Assembly (NCBI RefSeq): GCF_036392335.1
Contig: NZ_DASVYD010000045.1
Coordinates: 5,254 to 69,253 of the forward strand
DNA length: 64,000 bases
Source of the DNA: Vitreimonas sp.
Lineage (GTDB): Bacteria; Pseudomonadota; Alphaproteobacteria; Caulobacterales; Aquidulcibacteraceae
Direction of reading: 5' to 3'
Shown here one piece after another: positions 47,424 to 55,355 of the stretch. The first letter of the stretch is position 1, and the number at the start of each line of letters is the position of its first letter. The notes under the pieces were generated by a model, which saw nothing but the letters and a program-made list of their open reading frames with translations, made no database searches and was not told where the DNA came from. A program made the position numbers and the translations under genes.

Positions 47424-49283
47424 TTATTCGGCAGCTTTCGCTGTCTTGCCAAATCGTTTGGCCAGGAACGTATCGAGCTGCGTCTCCACGCCTTGACGGC
47501 GCATGATGACGTATTGCTGCAGGATCGAGAGCGTGTTCGACCAGGTCCAATAGATCACGAGGCCGGCCGGGAAGGCGGCGAACATGACCGTGAACAGGAG
47601 CGGCAGGAAGCGGAAGATCTGCGCCTGCACCGGATCGGTCGGGGGCGGCGACAGCGCCTGTAGCGCCCACATCGACACGCCGTAAAGGATCGGCCACGCG
47701 CCGATCAACAGGAAGGCCGGCACGTCGAACGGCAGCAAGCCGAACAGATTGAAGATCGAGGTTGGGTCGCGCGCCGAAAGATCGTGGATCCAGCCCACAA
47801 ACGGCGCGTGGCGCATTTCAATGGTGACGCTCAGCGTCTTGTACAGCGCGAAGAACACAGGGATTTGCAGCAGGATCGGCACGCAGCCGGCGACCGGATT
47901 GATCTTCTCGGTCTGATAGAGCTTCAGGATTTCCTGTTGCTGGCGCTGCTTATCCGCAGCGTAGCGTTCCTGCACTTCCTTCATCTTCGGCGCGAGCGCG
48001 CGCATCTTCGCCATCGATTTGAAGGATTGATAGACGAGCGGGAAGAGCAGCAGCTTGATCACGATCGTCGAGGCCAGGATCGCCAGGCCAAAATTGAACA
48101 CGACGCCCCAATCCGCGAAGATTTGCGCGAGTGGGTGCAGCAGCCATTGGAAGAACGGGCGGGTCAGGAACCAGAAATTGCCCCAATCGATGGCGTCGTC
48201 GAAGCGCGGGATCGACATGGTGTTCTGGTAATCGCGCAGCACTTCGTAGCGCTTTGCGCCAGCGAACAGATGCTGCGTGTAGGTCACCTCGCCGCCTGCG
48301 GCGATTTCGCGCCAATCGCCGCGATAAGCGGCGCGATAATCGTTGACCGCGCCTTCGCTTCGGGCGTCGAAATAGGTCGAGACGCGTTCGCTTTGCGCCG
48401 GGACGATCGCGGCCAGCCAATAATGGTCGGTGATGCCGAACCAGCCGCCTTGGCCCTGCATTTCCTCGATGCGTTCTTCGGCGCCGACTCGGCCACGGGC
48501 GCGGTCGCGGATGTGCTTGTTGGCGTTTTCGTAGGTGACCTGGCGCAGATTGTTGTTTTCGCCAAAGGCGCCGATCAGTCCCTGATGGACGATCTGATTG
48601 CGAACGTAATCCTGCGGCAGGCCCATGCGGCGCACCGTGCCGAAGGGGCGGGCGCTGATCGGCGCGCCGGAGCTGTTGCGCACGACGTCGGTGATCGTGA
48701 ACATGTAATTCTGATCGATCGAAATTGTTCGCTCGATCGTGAGGCCCTCGCCGGCGGCCAGGGTGAGCGTCACCGGCGTCTCGGGCGTAAGGCGTGCGCC
48801 CTCGGTCGCGCTCCAGCCGCTGAAAGCGTCCGCAAGCGTAGCCGTGTTCTCGCCATTGCGCATTTCCCAGCCGAAGAATGCGTCGTGCGCGAACTCGGCG
48901 GCGCGCGGCGCGAGCACGGTGACCTCGCCGCTGCCTGGATCAATGGTGCGGCGATAGTCGCGCAAATTCAGGTCGTCGATACGCGCGCCTTCCAGTGCGA
49001 TCGAGCCGTCGACCTCCGGCGTGTCGATCACGATGCGGGCGCCGGCGGATTGCGCGAGCACCTGTTCGCGCGCGACCGGGCCGCTTGGCGGCGGCGCTTC
49101 GGCGCTGCCGCTCTCCTGAGCGGGTTGCGTCGCTTCAATGCGCGCTTGCTCTTCAGCTTGGAGCCGCGCGCGCTGGGGTGCGTTGTAGAAGAATTCGAAG
49201 CCGAACAGGATGGCGGCCGAAAGCGCGACCGCGATCAGTATGTTCCGGTTTTCGCTGGGGCCTCGGCCGCTGCGGTTGTCCAT
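47424..49283 (-). CDS. yidC: membrane protein insertase YidC
   Basis: 619 aa. C-terminal 60KD_IMP region (GCVPILLQIPVFFALYK). Confidence 0.9.
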   Translation of the reverse strand: MDNRSGRGPSENRNILIAVALSAAILFGFEFFYNAPQRARLQAEEQARIEATQPAQESGSAEAPPPSGPVAREQVLAQSAGARIVIDTPEVDGSIALEGARIDDLNLRDYRRTIDPGSGEVTVLAPRAAEFAHDAFFGWEMRNGENTATLADAFSGWSATEGARLTPETPVTLTLAAGEGLTIERTISIDQNYMFTITDVVRNSSGAPISARPFGTVRRMGLPQDYVRNQIVHQGLIGAFGENNNLRQVTYENANKHIRDRARGRVGAEERIEEMQGQGGWFGITDHYWLAAIVPAQSERVSTYFDARSEGAVNDYRAAYRGDWREIAAGGEVTYTQHLFAGAKRYEVLRDYQNTMSIPRFDDAIDWGNFWFLTRPFFQWLLHPLAQIFADWGVVFNFGLAILASTIVIKLLLFPLVYQSFKSMAKMRALAPKMKEVQERYAADKQRQQQEILKLYQTEKINPVAGCVPILLQIPVFFALYKTLSVTIEMRHAPFVGWIHDLSARDPTSIFNLFGLLPFDVPAFLLIGAWPILYGVSMWALQALSPPPTDPVQAQIFRFLPLLFTVMFAAFPAGLVIYWTWSNTLSILQQYVIMRRQGVETQLDTFLAKRFGKTAKAAE

Positions 49284-49290
49284 GGTTTGC

Positions 49291-49704
49291 TTAGTCGCTT
49301 TCGGTCGGGGAATTGGGCGTCGGGCCCTTGCGTTTCTCAGGCGCGGCGCGCCCTTTCTGCAGGTCGGCGCGGAGCCTTATCAGCGCGTTTCCGACATCGT
49401 CAAGCAAGGCGTCCCAGGGGGCGTCCGGGGTGGTTTGACGCGCCACCAGCACGTAATCCACTCCTGGGAGGCCGTGCCGGGGCAGCAATTGGCGGGCGGC
49501 TTCGCGCAGGCGGCGCTTGGCGCGGTTGCGGGCGACCGCGTTGCCAACCTTCTTGCTGGCGGTAAATCCGGCCCGGATAGGGCCGTCCTCAGCCTTGCGG
49601 CGGGCTTCGATCAGCACGCAACCGCGTCCAGCCCGCGCGCCTTGGCGCACGAACAGGAACTCCGCCCGTTTGCGCAGGCGTTCGAGGGCTGGTTTTGGGG
49701 TCAT
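49291..49704 (-). CDS. rnpA: ribonuclease P protein component
   Basis: Basic protein (KKVGNAVARNRAKRRLREA). Sits between rpmH and yidC. Start taken at MTPKPA. Confidence 0.85.
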   Translation of the reverse strand: MTPKPALERLRKRAEFLFVRQGARAGRGCVLIEARRKAEDGPIRAGFTASKKVGNAVARNRAKRRLREAARQLLPRHGLPGVDYVLVARQTTPDAPWDALLDDVGNALIRLRADLQKGRAAPEKRKGPTPNSPTESD

Positions 49705-49761
49705 TGGACCGGCTCGTTCGGCCGGGATGCCGGGATAAGCCCGGCGGCGCAAGGCCGCTGC

Positions 49762-49902
49762 TTAGGCGGAAAGGCGCTTACGGCCCTTGGCGCGACGACG
49801 GGACAGCACCTTTTGGCCGCCTTTGGTGGCCATACGGGCGCGGAAACCATGGCGGCGCTTACGGACAAGCCGGCTCGGTTGGTAGGTCCGCTTGGTGCTC
49901 AC
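49762..49902 (-). CDS. rpmH: 50S ribosomal protein L34
   Basis: Hand-translated: (GTG)[46 protein letters not shown]. Too short for the ORF track. Confidence 0.9.
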   Translation of the reverse strand: MSTKRTYQPSRLVRKRRHGFRARMATKGGQKVLSRRRAKGRKRLSA

Positions 49903-49927
49903 GACGCGTCTCGATCTCTAGGGGTGT

Positions 49928-49959
49928 AAAAACGAAGGGGCGGGCATTACCCCAGCCCC
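49928..49959 (-). terminator. rho-independent terminator-like hairpin on the minus strand
   Basis: Minus strand GGGGCTGGGG-taatg-CCCGCCCC followed by TTCGTTTTT. Confidence 0.55.
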
Positions 49960-49974
49960 AGCCCATGGTCAAGC

Positions 49975-50082
49975 TTACAGCGGCACGAAAGCCCGCACCG
50001 CGATAAAGAGGATGGCGATCGCCCACACCGTGCCAAATATCCACAATGCGCGCCGAAGGCGCGGCTTAGTCGGGGTGGTCAT
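49975..50082 (-). CDS. possible 35-aa single-TM peptide
   Basis: MTTPTKPRLRRALWIFGTVWAIAILFIAVRAFVPL. GGAG lies 7 nt upstream of the ATG. A terminator hairpin lies 16 nt downstream. Confidence 0.35.
   Translation of the reverse strand: MTTPTKPRLRRALWIFGTVWAIAILFIAVRAFVPL
50036..50046 (+). promoter_or_regulatory. DnaA-box-like 11-mer AATATCCACAA (copy 1)
   Basis: ATATCCACA matches the TTATCCACA consensus at 8 of 9 positions. An identical 11-mer recurs 127 bp downstream. Confidence 0.3.
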
Positions 50083-50162
50083 GAGAATGCTCCGTTCTGG
50101 GAAAGGCGGGAGCCGTGTGCGCTCTCAGTTGCCAGCAGCCTTGGGATTGTCCGTGGGCCGGC

Positions 50163-50173
50163 AATATCCACAA
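50163..50173 (+). promoter_or_regulatory. DnaA-box-like 11-mer AATATCCACAA (copy 2)
   Basis: Same 11-mer in the same orientation, about 110 bp upstream of the sensor kinase ATG. Confidence 0.3.
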
Positions 50174-50281
50174 GGTAAGCGCTTAAGCCGGCGGCGCCGA
50201 GTGAATTTTCGGTTGCATTGCAGGTTCCGGGAACTCGAGCCGGGACAGCCTTCCGTCTCTGCGATAAGGGCATAGCGGAAT

Positions 50282-51721
50282 ATGTCGCCACCTTCGCTCC
50301 CCGCTCGGCCCGCCGGTCCGATCCAGCGCGCGCGGGCGTTCATCGGCAGCTTAGCCGGGCGGCTGCTTGCGCTGACGGTGCTGGCGGTGGTGGCTGGCGA
50401 AGTGTTCGTGTTCGCGCCCGCGATCGCCGGGTTCCACGAAAGCTGGCTGCGTGAGCGCATTAGCTTGGCCCAGATCGCCGCGCTCGCGCTTGAGGTGACG
50501 CCCGAATACGAAATCGCGGAATCGCTTGAATATGAGCTGCTGACCAATGCCGGCGTGCAGCGCGTGGCGATGCAGCGCGACGGCGAGCGCGTATTGTTGC
50601 TCGAGCGCGCTGGGCCGCCGCCACAGCATCTCGTCGTTTATGATTATACGCGCGCGACGCCGTTTCAGCGCTTCCGCTGGTCGGTCGAGACTCTGTTCGC
50701 GCCGCAGGGGCGGGTATTGCGCGTATTGGCGCGACCGCGGTTCGAGAGCGGCGAGTTCATCGAAATCGTGCTGGACGAGGCGCCGCTGAAGCGCGCGATG
50801 GAACGCTTCGCGCAGAGTTTCGCGCGCATCTCAACGCTCATTCTCATGGCCGCCGGCGCTTTGATTTATGTGGCCCTGACCGCGGCGTTTGTACGGCCGA
50901 TGCTGGATTTGACGCTGGCTATCGAACGTTTCCGCGACAGACCCGAGGACGTTTCGATCGCCTTTCCCCGCAGCCAGCGCACCGACGAAATCGGTCGCGC
51001 CCAGCGCGCCGCCGCGGATATGGCTGAACAGGTGCGCAATGCGCTGCGCCAGAATGAGCGGCTCGCCGCTTTGGGCGCGGCTGTCGCGCGCATTGGACAT
51101 GATCTGCGCAACATGCTGTCGACGGCGCAGCTGGTGGCGGATCGCCTGGCGCAATCGGAGGACCCGGCCGTGCGCCAACTCGCGCCGCGTTTGGAACGCA
51201 CCATCGATCGCGCCGCAGGCTTGGCGGCAAGCACGCTCAAATATGGCCGCGCCGATGAAGACCCGCCGGTGCTGGAGCGGGTGATCGTCGCGGACGCAGC
51301 GGAGGAGGCGGCGGCGGATGCGCTAATCGGCTTCGGCGCCATCGAATACAAGCACGATATCGAGCCTGGCTTGGCGTGCGTGGCCGATCCCGATCACCTG
51401 CATCGCATTCTCGTTAACCTGATCCGCAACGCGGGACAGGCGATGAAGGAACATACACGCCGCGACAAAGTATTGCTGGTGCGCGGCCTGCGCATGGAAG
51501 GGCGTTGCGAGATCGAGGTGATCGATCACGGGCCGGGCGTGCGCGACACCCTGCGCGCGCGCTTGTTCGAGCCGTTCGTTTCCGCCGCGCCGGAAGCGGG
51601 CGGCACCGGGCTCGGGCTCGCCATCGCCCGCGAGCTGACGCGCGCCATGGGCGGCGAACTTGAACTGACCCGCACCGGCGCCGAAGGCTCGACTTTCAAG
51701 ATTACCTTGCCGGCGGCGTAG
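50282..51721 (+). CDS. membrane sensor histidine kinase (no adjacent response regulator)
   Basis: H-box ARIGHDLRNMLS. HATPase GGTGLGLAIARELTRAMGG. 2 TM helices. Confidence 0.8.
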   Translation: MSPPSLPARPAGPIQRARAFIGSLAGRLLALTVLAVVAGEVFVFAPAIAGFHESWLRERISLAQIAALALEVTPEYEIAESLEYELLTNAGVQRVAMQRDGERVLLLERAGPPPQHLVVYDYTRATPFQRFRWSVETLFAPQGRVLRVLARPRFESGEFIEIVLDEAPLKRAMERFAQSFARISTLILMAAGALIYVALTAAFVRPMLDLTLAIERFRDRPEDVSIAFPRSQRTDEIGRAQRAAADMAEQVRNALRQNERLAALGAAVARIGHDLRNMLSTAQLVADRLAQSEDPAVRQLAPRLERTIDRAAGLAASTLKYGRADEDPPVLERVIVADAAEEAAADALIGFGAIEYKHDIEPGLACVADPDHLHRILVNLIRNAGQAMKEHTRRDKVLLVRGLRMEGRCEIEVIDHGPGVRDTLRARLFEPFVSAAPEAGGTGLGLAIARELTRAMGGELELTRTGAEGSTFKITLPAA

Positions 51722-53483
51722 CCGCGGCCTGCGCCGTGGAGGGAATACGGCCGACCACGCCTTCGCGGCGGGGGTCAGCGCCGCCCTCAAGCCCGCGCGG
51801 CGTGACGCGGATCGCGTGAATGCCGCTTTCCTCCAATCCGGTCACATCGCGGAATTCCCAACCGCGGCGCGTCAGTTCCTCGCCCACGCCGGCGGGCAAT
51901 CGCGCCGGCTCAAGATTGGCGGGCGCGAAGCGGGCGGTGATGTTGCTGAGATTGATCGCGTCCTGCACCGGCAAATTCCAGTCGAGCACGCCGATCGTGG
52001 TGCGCGCGACATAACCGATGATGGAGGATCCGCCCGGCGAGCCGATGACCATTTCCAGGTCTCCGTCGCGATCGGTGATGATCACCGGCGACATCGACGA
52101 GCGCGGGCGCTTGTTGGGGGCGACGGCATTGGCGACCGGGCGGCCATTGAGCGTGGGTTCGAACGCGAAGTCCGTCAGCTGATTGTTGAGGAAGAAGCCC
52201 GAGGCCATGCGCTGCGAGCCAAAAGCGCTTTCCACGGTGGCCGTCATCGACACCGCATTACCCCAGGCGTCGACGATCGAGAGGTGCGTGGTGCCGTGAT
52301 CGTCGCCGTCATCGCGGCCCCAGCGCTCGTAAAGCTCGACGCCCGCTGGTTGGCCCGCGCTCACGTGGCTCGGCGCGCGGGAGAGATCGATCACGCTGGC
52401 GCGGCTATCGAGATAGGCCGGCGCGTAGAGTTCTTGTGTCGGCACCGGCGCGAATTGGTCGTCCGCCATGTAATGATCGCGGTCGGCGTAGGCGAGCCGG
52501 CTCGCCCACAGGAACGCCGCCCAATCATCGGCATTGGCTGCCCCGCCTGGCTGCGGCCGCGCGCGCTCATAAAGGCCGAGAATTGAAATGACGGCGTTAC
52601 CGGACGTCGGTGGGCCGAGCGTGCAGACACGATAAACGCGATAGGCGCCGCAGATTGGCTCGACGCGGCGCGGCTGTGCGGTTTGCAGGTCGGTGTGGGT
52701 GAGCGTGCCGCCGCGAGGATTGCGGCGCGCGGCAGCCACGATGGAATCGGCGATGGGGCCTTGGGTCATGGCGGCTGGGCCGTGCTGCGCGATGGCGCGC
52801 AGCGTCGTGGCGTAGGCGGCGTTGCGCAATAATGTGCCCGCAGGCAAAGGCGCGCCCTCGCGATCGAACAAATAGGCGCGCGCCTGAAAATCCGCGCGCA
52901 GTCGGCCACGTTCGCCGGCGCCGGCGATCATGCGCGCCATGCGGGGCGAGACCTCAAAGCCGTTCTCGGCGAGGCGGATCGCCGGCTCAAACAGCCGCGC
53001 CCACGGCAAGCGGCCGTGATCGTCGTGCGCCAGCTTCAGCATCGGGATCAGCAGCGGTACGCCGGTGGAGCGGCCGCTGGCTTGCGCGTCGAGGAAGGAC
53101 ATCGGTCGTCCGCGCGCGTCGAGGAACATGGTTGGCGTCGCCCCCGCCGGCGCCCATTCGCGGCCGTCATAGCCCGTCATGCGTTCGCTGCGGCCATCAT
53201 AGAAGAGGAGGAAGCCGCCGCCGCCGAGGCCCGAGCTCTGCGGTTCGACCAAGCCGAGCACGAGCTCCGCGGCGATAGCGGCGTCAACCGCCGAGCCGCC
53301 GGCGCGCAACATCTCCAGCGCGGCCTCGACCGCGTGCGGATTGGCGGCCGTGACCATCGCCTCGCCCGTGGGCGCGGGCTCGCGCCGGCTGGTTGGCGCT
53401 GCAGGTGTGGATGTGGCGGCGCAAGCAGCGAGCGCAAACGCGATGAGGAGTGCGCCAGAGCGCCTGGTCAGGTGGTTGAGCAT
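51702..53483 (-). CDS. ggt: gamma-glutamyltransferase
   Basis: Lipoprotein-type signal (LIAFALAAC). Catalytic TTHLSIVD and GSPGGSSII motifs. Real start is MLNHLTRR; the 1043-aa ORF extension is an artefact. Confidence 0.9.
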   Translation of the reverse strand: MLNHLTRRSGALLIAFALAACAATSTPAAPTSRREPAPTGEAMVTAANPHAVEAALEMLRAGGSAVDAAIAAELVLGLVEPQSSGLGGGGFLLFYDGRSERMTGYDGREWAPAGATPTMFLDARGRPMSFLDAQASGRSTGVPLLIPMLKLAHDDHGRLPWARLFEPAIRLAENGFEVSPRMARMIAGAGERGRLRADFQARAYLFDREGAPLPAGTLLRNAAYATTLRAIAQHGPAAMTQGPIADSIVAAARRNPRGGTLTHTDLQTAQPRRVEPICGAYRVYRVCTLGPPTSGNAVISILGLYERARPQPGGAANADDWAAFLWASRLAYADRDHYMADDQFAPVPTQELYAPAYLDSRASVIDLSRAPSHVSAGQPAGVELYERWGRDDGDDHGTTHLSIVDAWGNAVSMTATVESAFGSQRMASGFFLNNQLTDFAFEPTLNGRPVANAVAPNKRPRSSMSPVIITDRDGDLEMVIGSPGGSSIIGYVARTTIGVLDWNLPVQDAINLSNITARFAPANLEPARLPAGVGEELTRRGWEFRDVTGLEESGIHAIRVTPRGLEGGADPRREGVVGRIPSTAQAAATPPAR

Positions 53484-53567
53484 CACGTGTTTCGTACACG
53501 TCGGACTCGATCTGAGAAAACCCCTAAAGGGCTTGCGCTTTGCCGCAGGGCGGGGTTCCTGGCGGCC

Positions 53568-54578
53568 ATGTCTCATATTGGCGCCACCAATTCGCTCGTC
53601 GACGTCGCCGGCCTCAGTGTCGGCTGCGCCGAGGATCACAAGGCGCTGACGGGCGTCACGGTGATCGTGCCAGATCAGCGCGCGGTGTGTGCAGTCGATG
53701 TGCGCGGCGGCGGCCCGGGCACGCGCGAGACCGACGCGCTGGCGGCGGAGAATTTGGTCGATGCGGTGGATGCGCTCGTGTTGGCGGGTGGCTCCGTGTA
53801 TGGATTGGCCGCGGCTGATGGCGTGGCGGCGATGATGGGCGCGGAAGGGCGGGGCTTCGGGCTCGTTGACGCGCCCGGCGTGCCGAGATCTCCGGTCATT
53901 CCGGCGGCGATTCTTTACGATCTCGCCAATGGCGGCGACAAAACTTGGGGCGACGCGCCGCCCTACAATGATTTGGGCCGCGCGGCTTACGCGGCGCGCG
54001 CCCGCGCGGCGCCGCTCGGCAATGCGGGCGCCGGCCTTGGCGCCAAGGCCGGCGCGCTCAAGGGCGGACAAGGCAGCGCGAGCATCGTCACGGCGGATGG
54101 ATGCACTGTCGCCGCGCTCGCCTGCGTGAACGCCTTCGGTTCGACCACGATGCCAGGCAGTCGCGCTTTCTGGGCGCATGCGTTCGAGATCGATGGCGAG
54201 TTCGGCGGCGTGCGTCCGGATGCGGCGCACGCCTTCGATCTTGAGGATTGGGAGGGGGCCAAGGCCAATCCTGCGCCGCGCGCGAATACCACGATCGCCT
54301 GTGTCGCCGTGGATGCCGATCTCACACCCGCCGAATGCAAGCGCGTCGCGCAGATGGCGAGCGCGGGCTTGGCGCGCGCGATCCGACCGGTGTTTGCGCC
54401 CTTCGACGGCGATGTCGTGTTCGCGCTGGCGACGGCGGCGCGGCCCATTGCCGAACCCCGCGCCTTGTCGGTCGCGCGCCTCGGCGCGCTCGCCGCCGAT
54501 TGTCTCGCCCGCGCCGTGGCGCGCGGCGTCCACGCAGCGACGAGTGTGGGCGCGCTCAAAGCGTGGCGCGATCTCTGA
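53568..54578 (+). CDS. P1/S58 (DmpA-like) family aminopeptidase
   Basis: TGVTVIV...DVRGGGPGTRETD and NTTIACVAVDADLT motifs. Confidence 0.8.
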   Translation: MSHIGATNSLVDVAGLSVGCAEDHKALTGVTVIVPDQRAVCAVDVRGGGPGTRETDALAAENLVDAVDALVLAGGSVYGLAAADGVAAMMGAEGRGFGLVDAPGVPRSPVIPAAILYDLANGGDKTWGDAPPYNDLGRAAYAARARAAPLGNAGAGLGAKAGALKGGQGSASIVTADGCTVAALACVNAFGSTTMPGSRAFWAHAFEIDGEFGGVRPDAAHAFDLEDWEGAKANPAPRANTTIACVAVDADLTPAECKRVAQMASAGLARAIRPVFAPFDGDVVFALATAARPIAEPRALSVARLGALAADCLARAVARGVHAATSVGALKAWRDL

Positions 54579-54940
54579 GGTGTCGGCGCCGCCACGCTTA
54601 GCGCGGCGTGTAGTATTCAAGACCAGCTTGCGCTTGATCGTGACGATGTCGCGACAGTGCGTCGATGGTCCGATCCCAGGAACGGACGCCATTGCGTAGA
54701 TCGCTCGTCTGACGCGTTGTCGCGGAGGTCTGTGACGATGTGCGAGTAGTTCAGGTCCTCCGTTCAGCGGGGAGCATAAGGCGGCCAACGCCGCGGCGAC
54801 CGGCGAAGCCGTGGCGCGTCCGCCCTGGCGCAAGAGGCCCGCCGCGTATTTGGAGATTCGACATTGAAGCCGCCCGCCGGAGGTGCGCTCGATGCGTGCG
54901 GATATCGCGGCGTCGGGGGCGATCGTGTGACTTTACAGGG

Positions 54941-54977
54941 CGAGCGCCGGCCAATCCTGGGGATTGGCCGGCGCTCG
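54941..54977. repeat. perfect 17-bp inverted repeat CGAGCGCCGGCCAATCC-tgg-GGATTGGCCGGCGCTCG
   Basis: Read directly. No U-tract on either strand. Confidence 0.8.
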
Positions 54978-55355
54978 TGAGTGCGCTGTAGGTTGCGGGG
55001 GTTCAAGCCGCCGCGCTCTTGAACACGCCATTGATGACAGATGCTTGGGCGCCGCGCGCCGCTCGTGGGATGCTGCTCTGCAATGGCGCATGCAGGTTCT
55101 CTCTCGTGGTGCGCTTGGCGCTGTGCGGCCCGGTGATCCTTATCGAGCGGAGATGGGCTGCGGAATGCCTGCACAAGAATCGTCCTTGCGTCCGCCCGCA
55201 CCGGCAAAGGCCCGGGGTCATGGCTATTGGCCGTGCGAGGCCGAGCGATCCTTGGTTCGGGATGGCAATCTCTTGGTTACAATCGAAGTCGTCACGGGCT
55301 GCAGCAGAAAGCGCGACATCGTCGGCGGGCTAGGTGAACTAAGCAGCGCGCAATG

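Noticed and set aside
358-49565. Many long ORFs in the track, for example 358-1749(-), 1076-2272(-), 8376-9374(-), 11272-12567(-), 17254-18462(+), 18771-20021(-), 21214-23169(-), 35727-37616(-), 38269-39366(-), 40527-41525(-), 43439-44839(+), 45533-46657(+) and 47784-49565(+)
   Set aside because: Each lies antisense to, or out of frame with, a gene that carries clear family motifs. Their translations are Arg/Ala/Pro/Gly-rich with no recognisable motifs. Stop-codon scarcity in high-GC DNA produces such ORFs.
49900-50300. Chromosomal replication origin next to rpmH
   Set aside because: There are only two DnaA-like boxes, no dnaA gene, no evident A/T-rich unwinding element, and no CtrA-type TTAA-N7-TTAA sites. 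It is reported only as a DnaA-box pair.
54598-54760. Minus-strand peptide ...LRNGVRSWDRTIDALSRHRHDQAQAGLEYYTPR* as a real small gene (antitoxin-like?)
   Set aside because: There is no start codon after the in-frame TGA, no SD, and the upstream sequence is not protein-like. It is mentioned only as a possible gene remnant.
53484-54833. The 1043-aa ORF 51702-54833(-) as one giant protein
   Set aside because: Only the C-terminal 593 aa (from MLNHLTRR, 53483) are Ggt-like and carry a signal/lipobox. The upstream 450 aa are Arg-rich and antisense to the well-supported DmpA-like gene.
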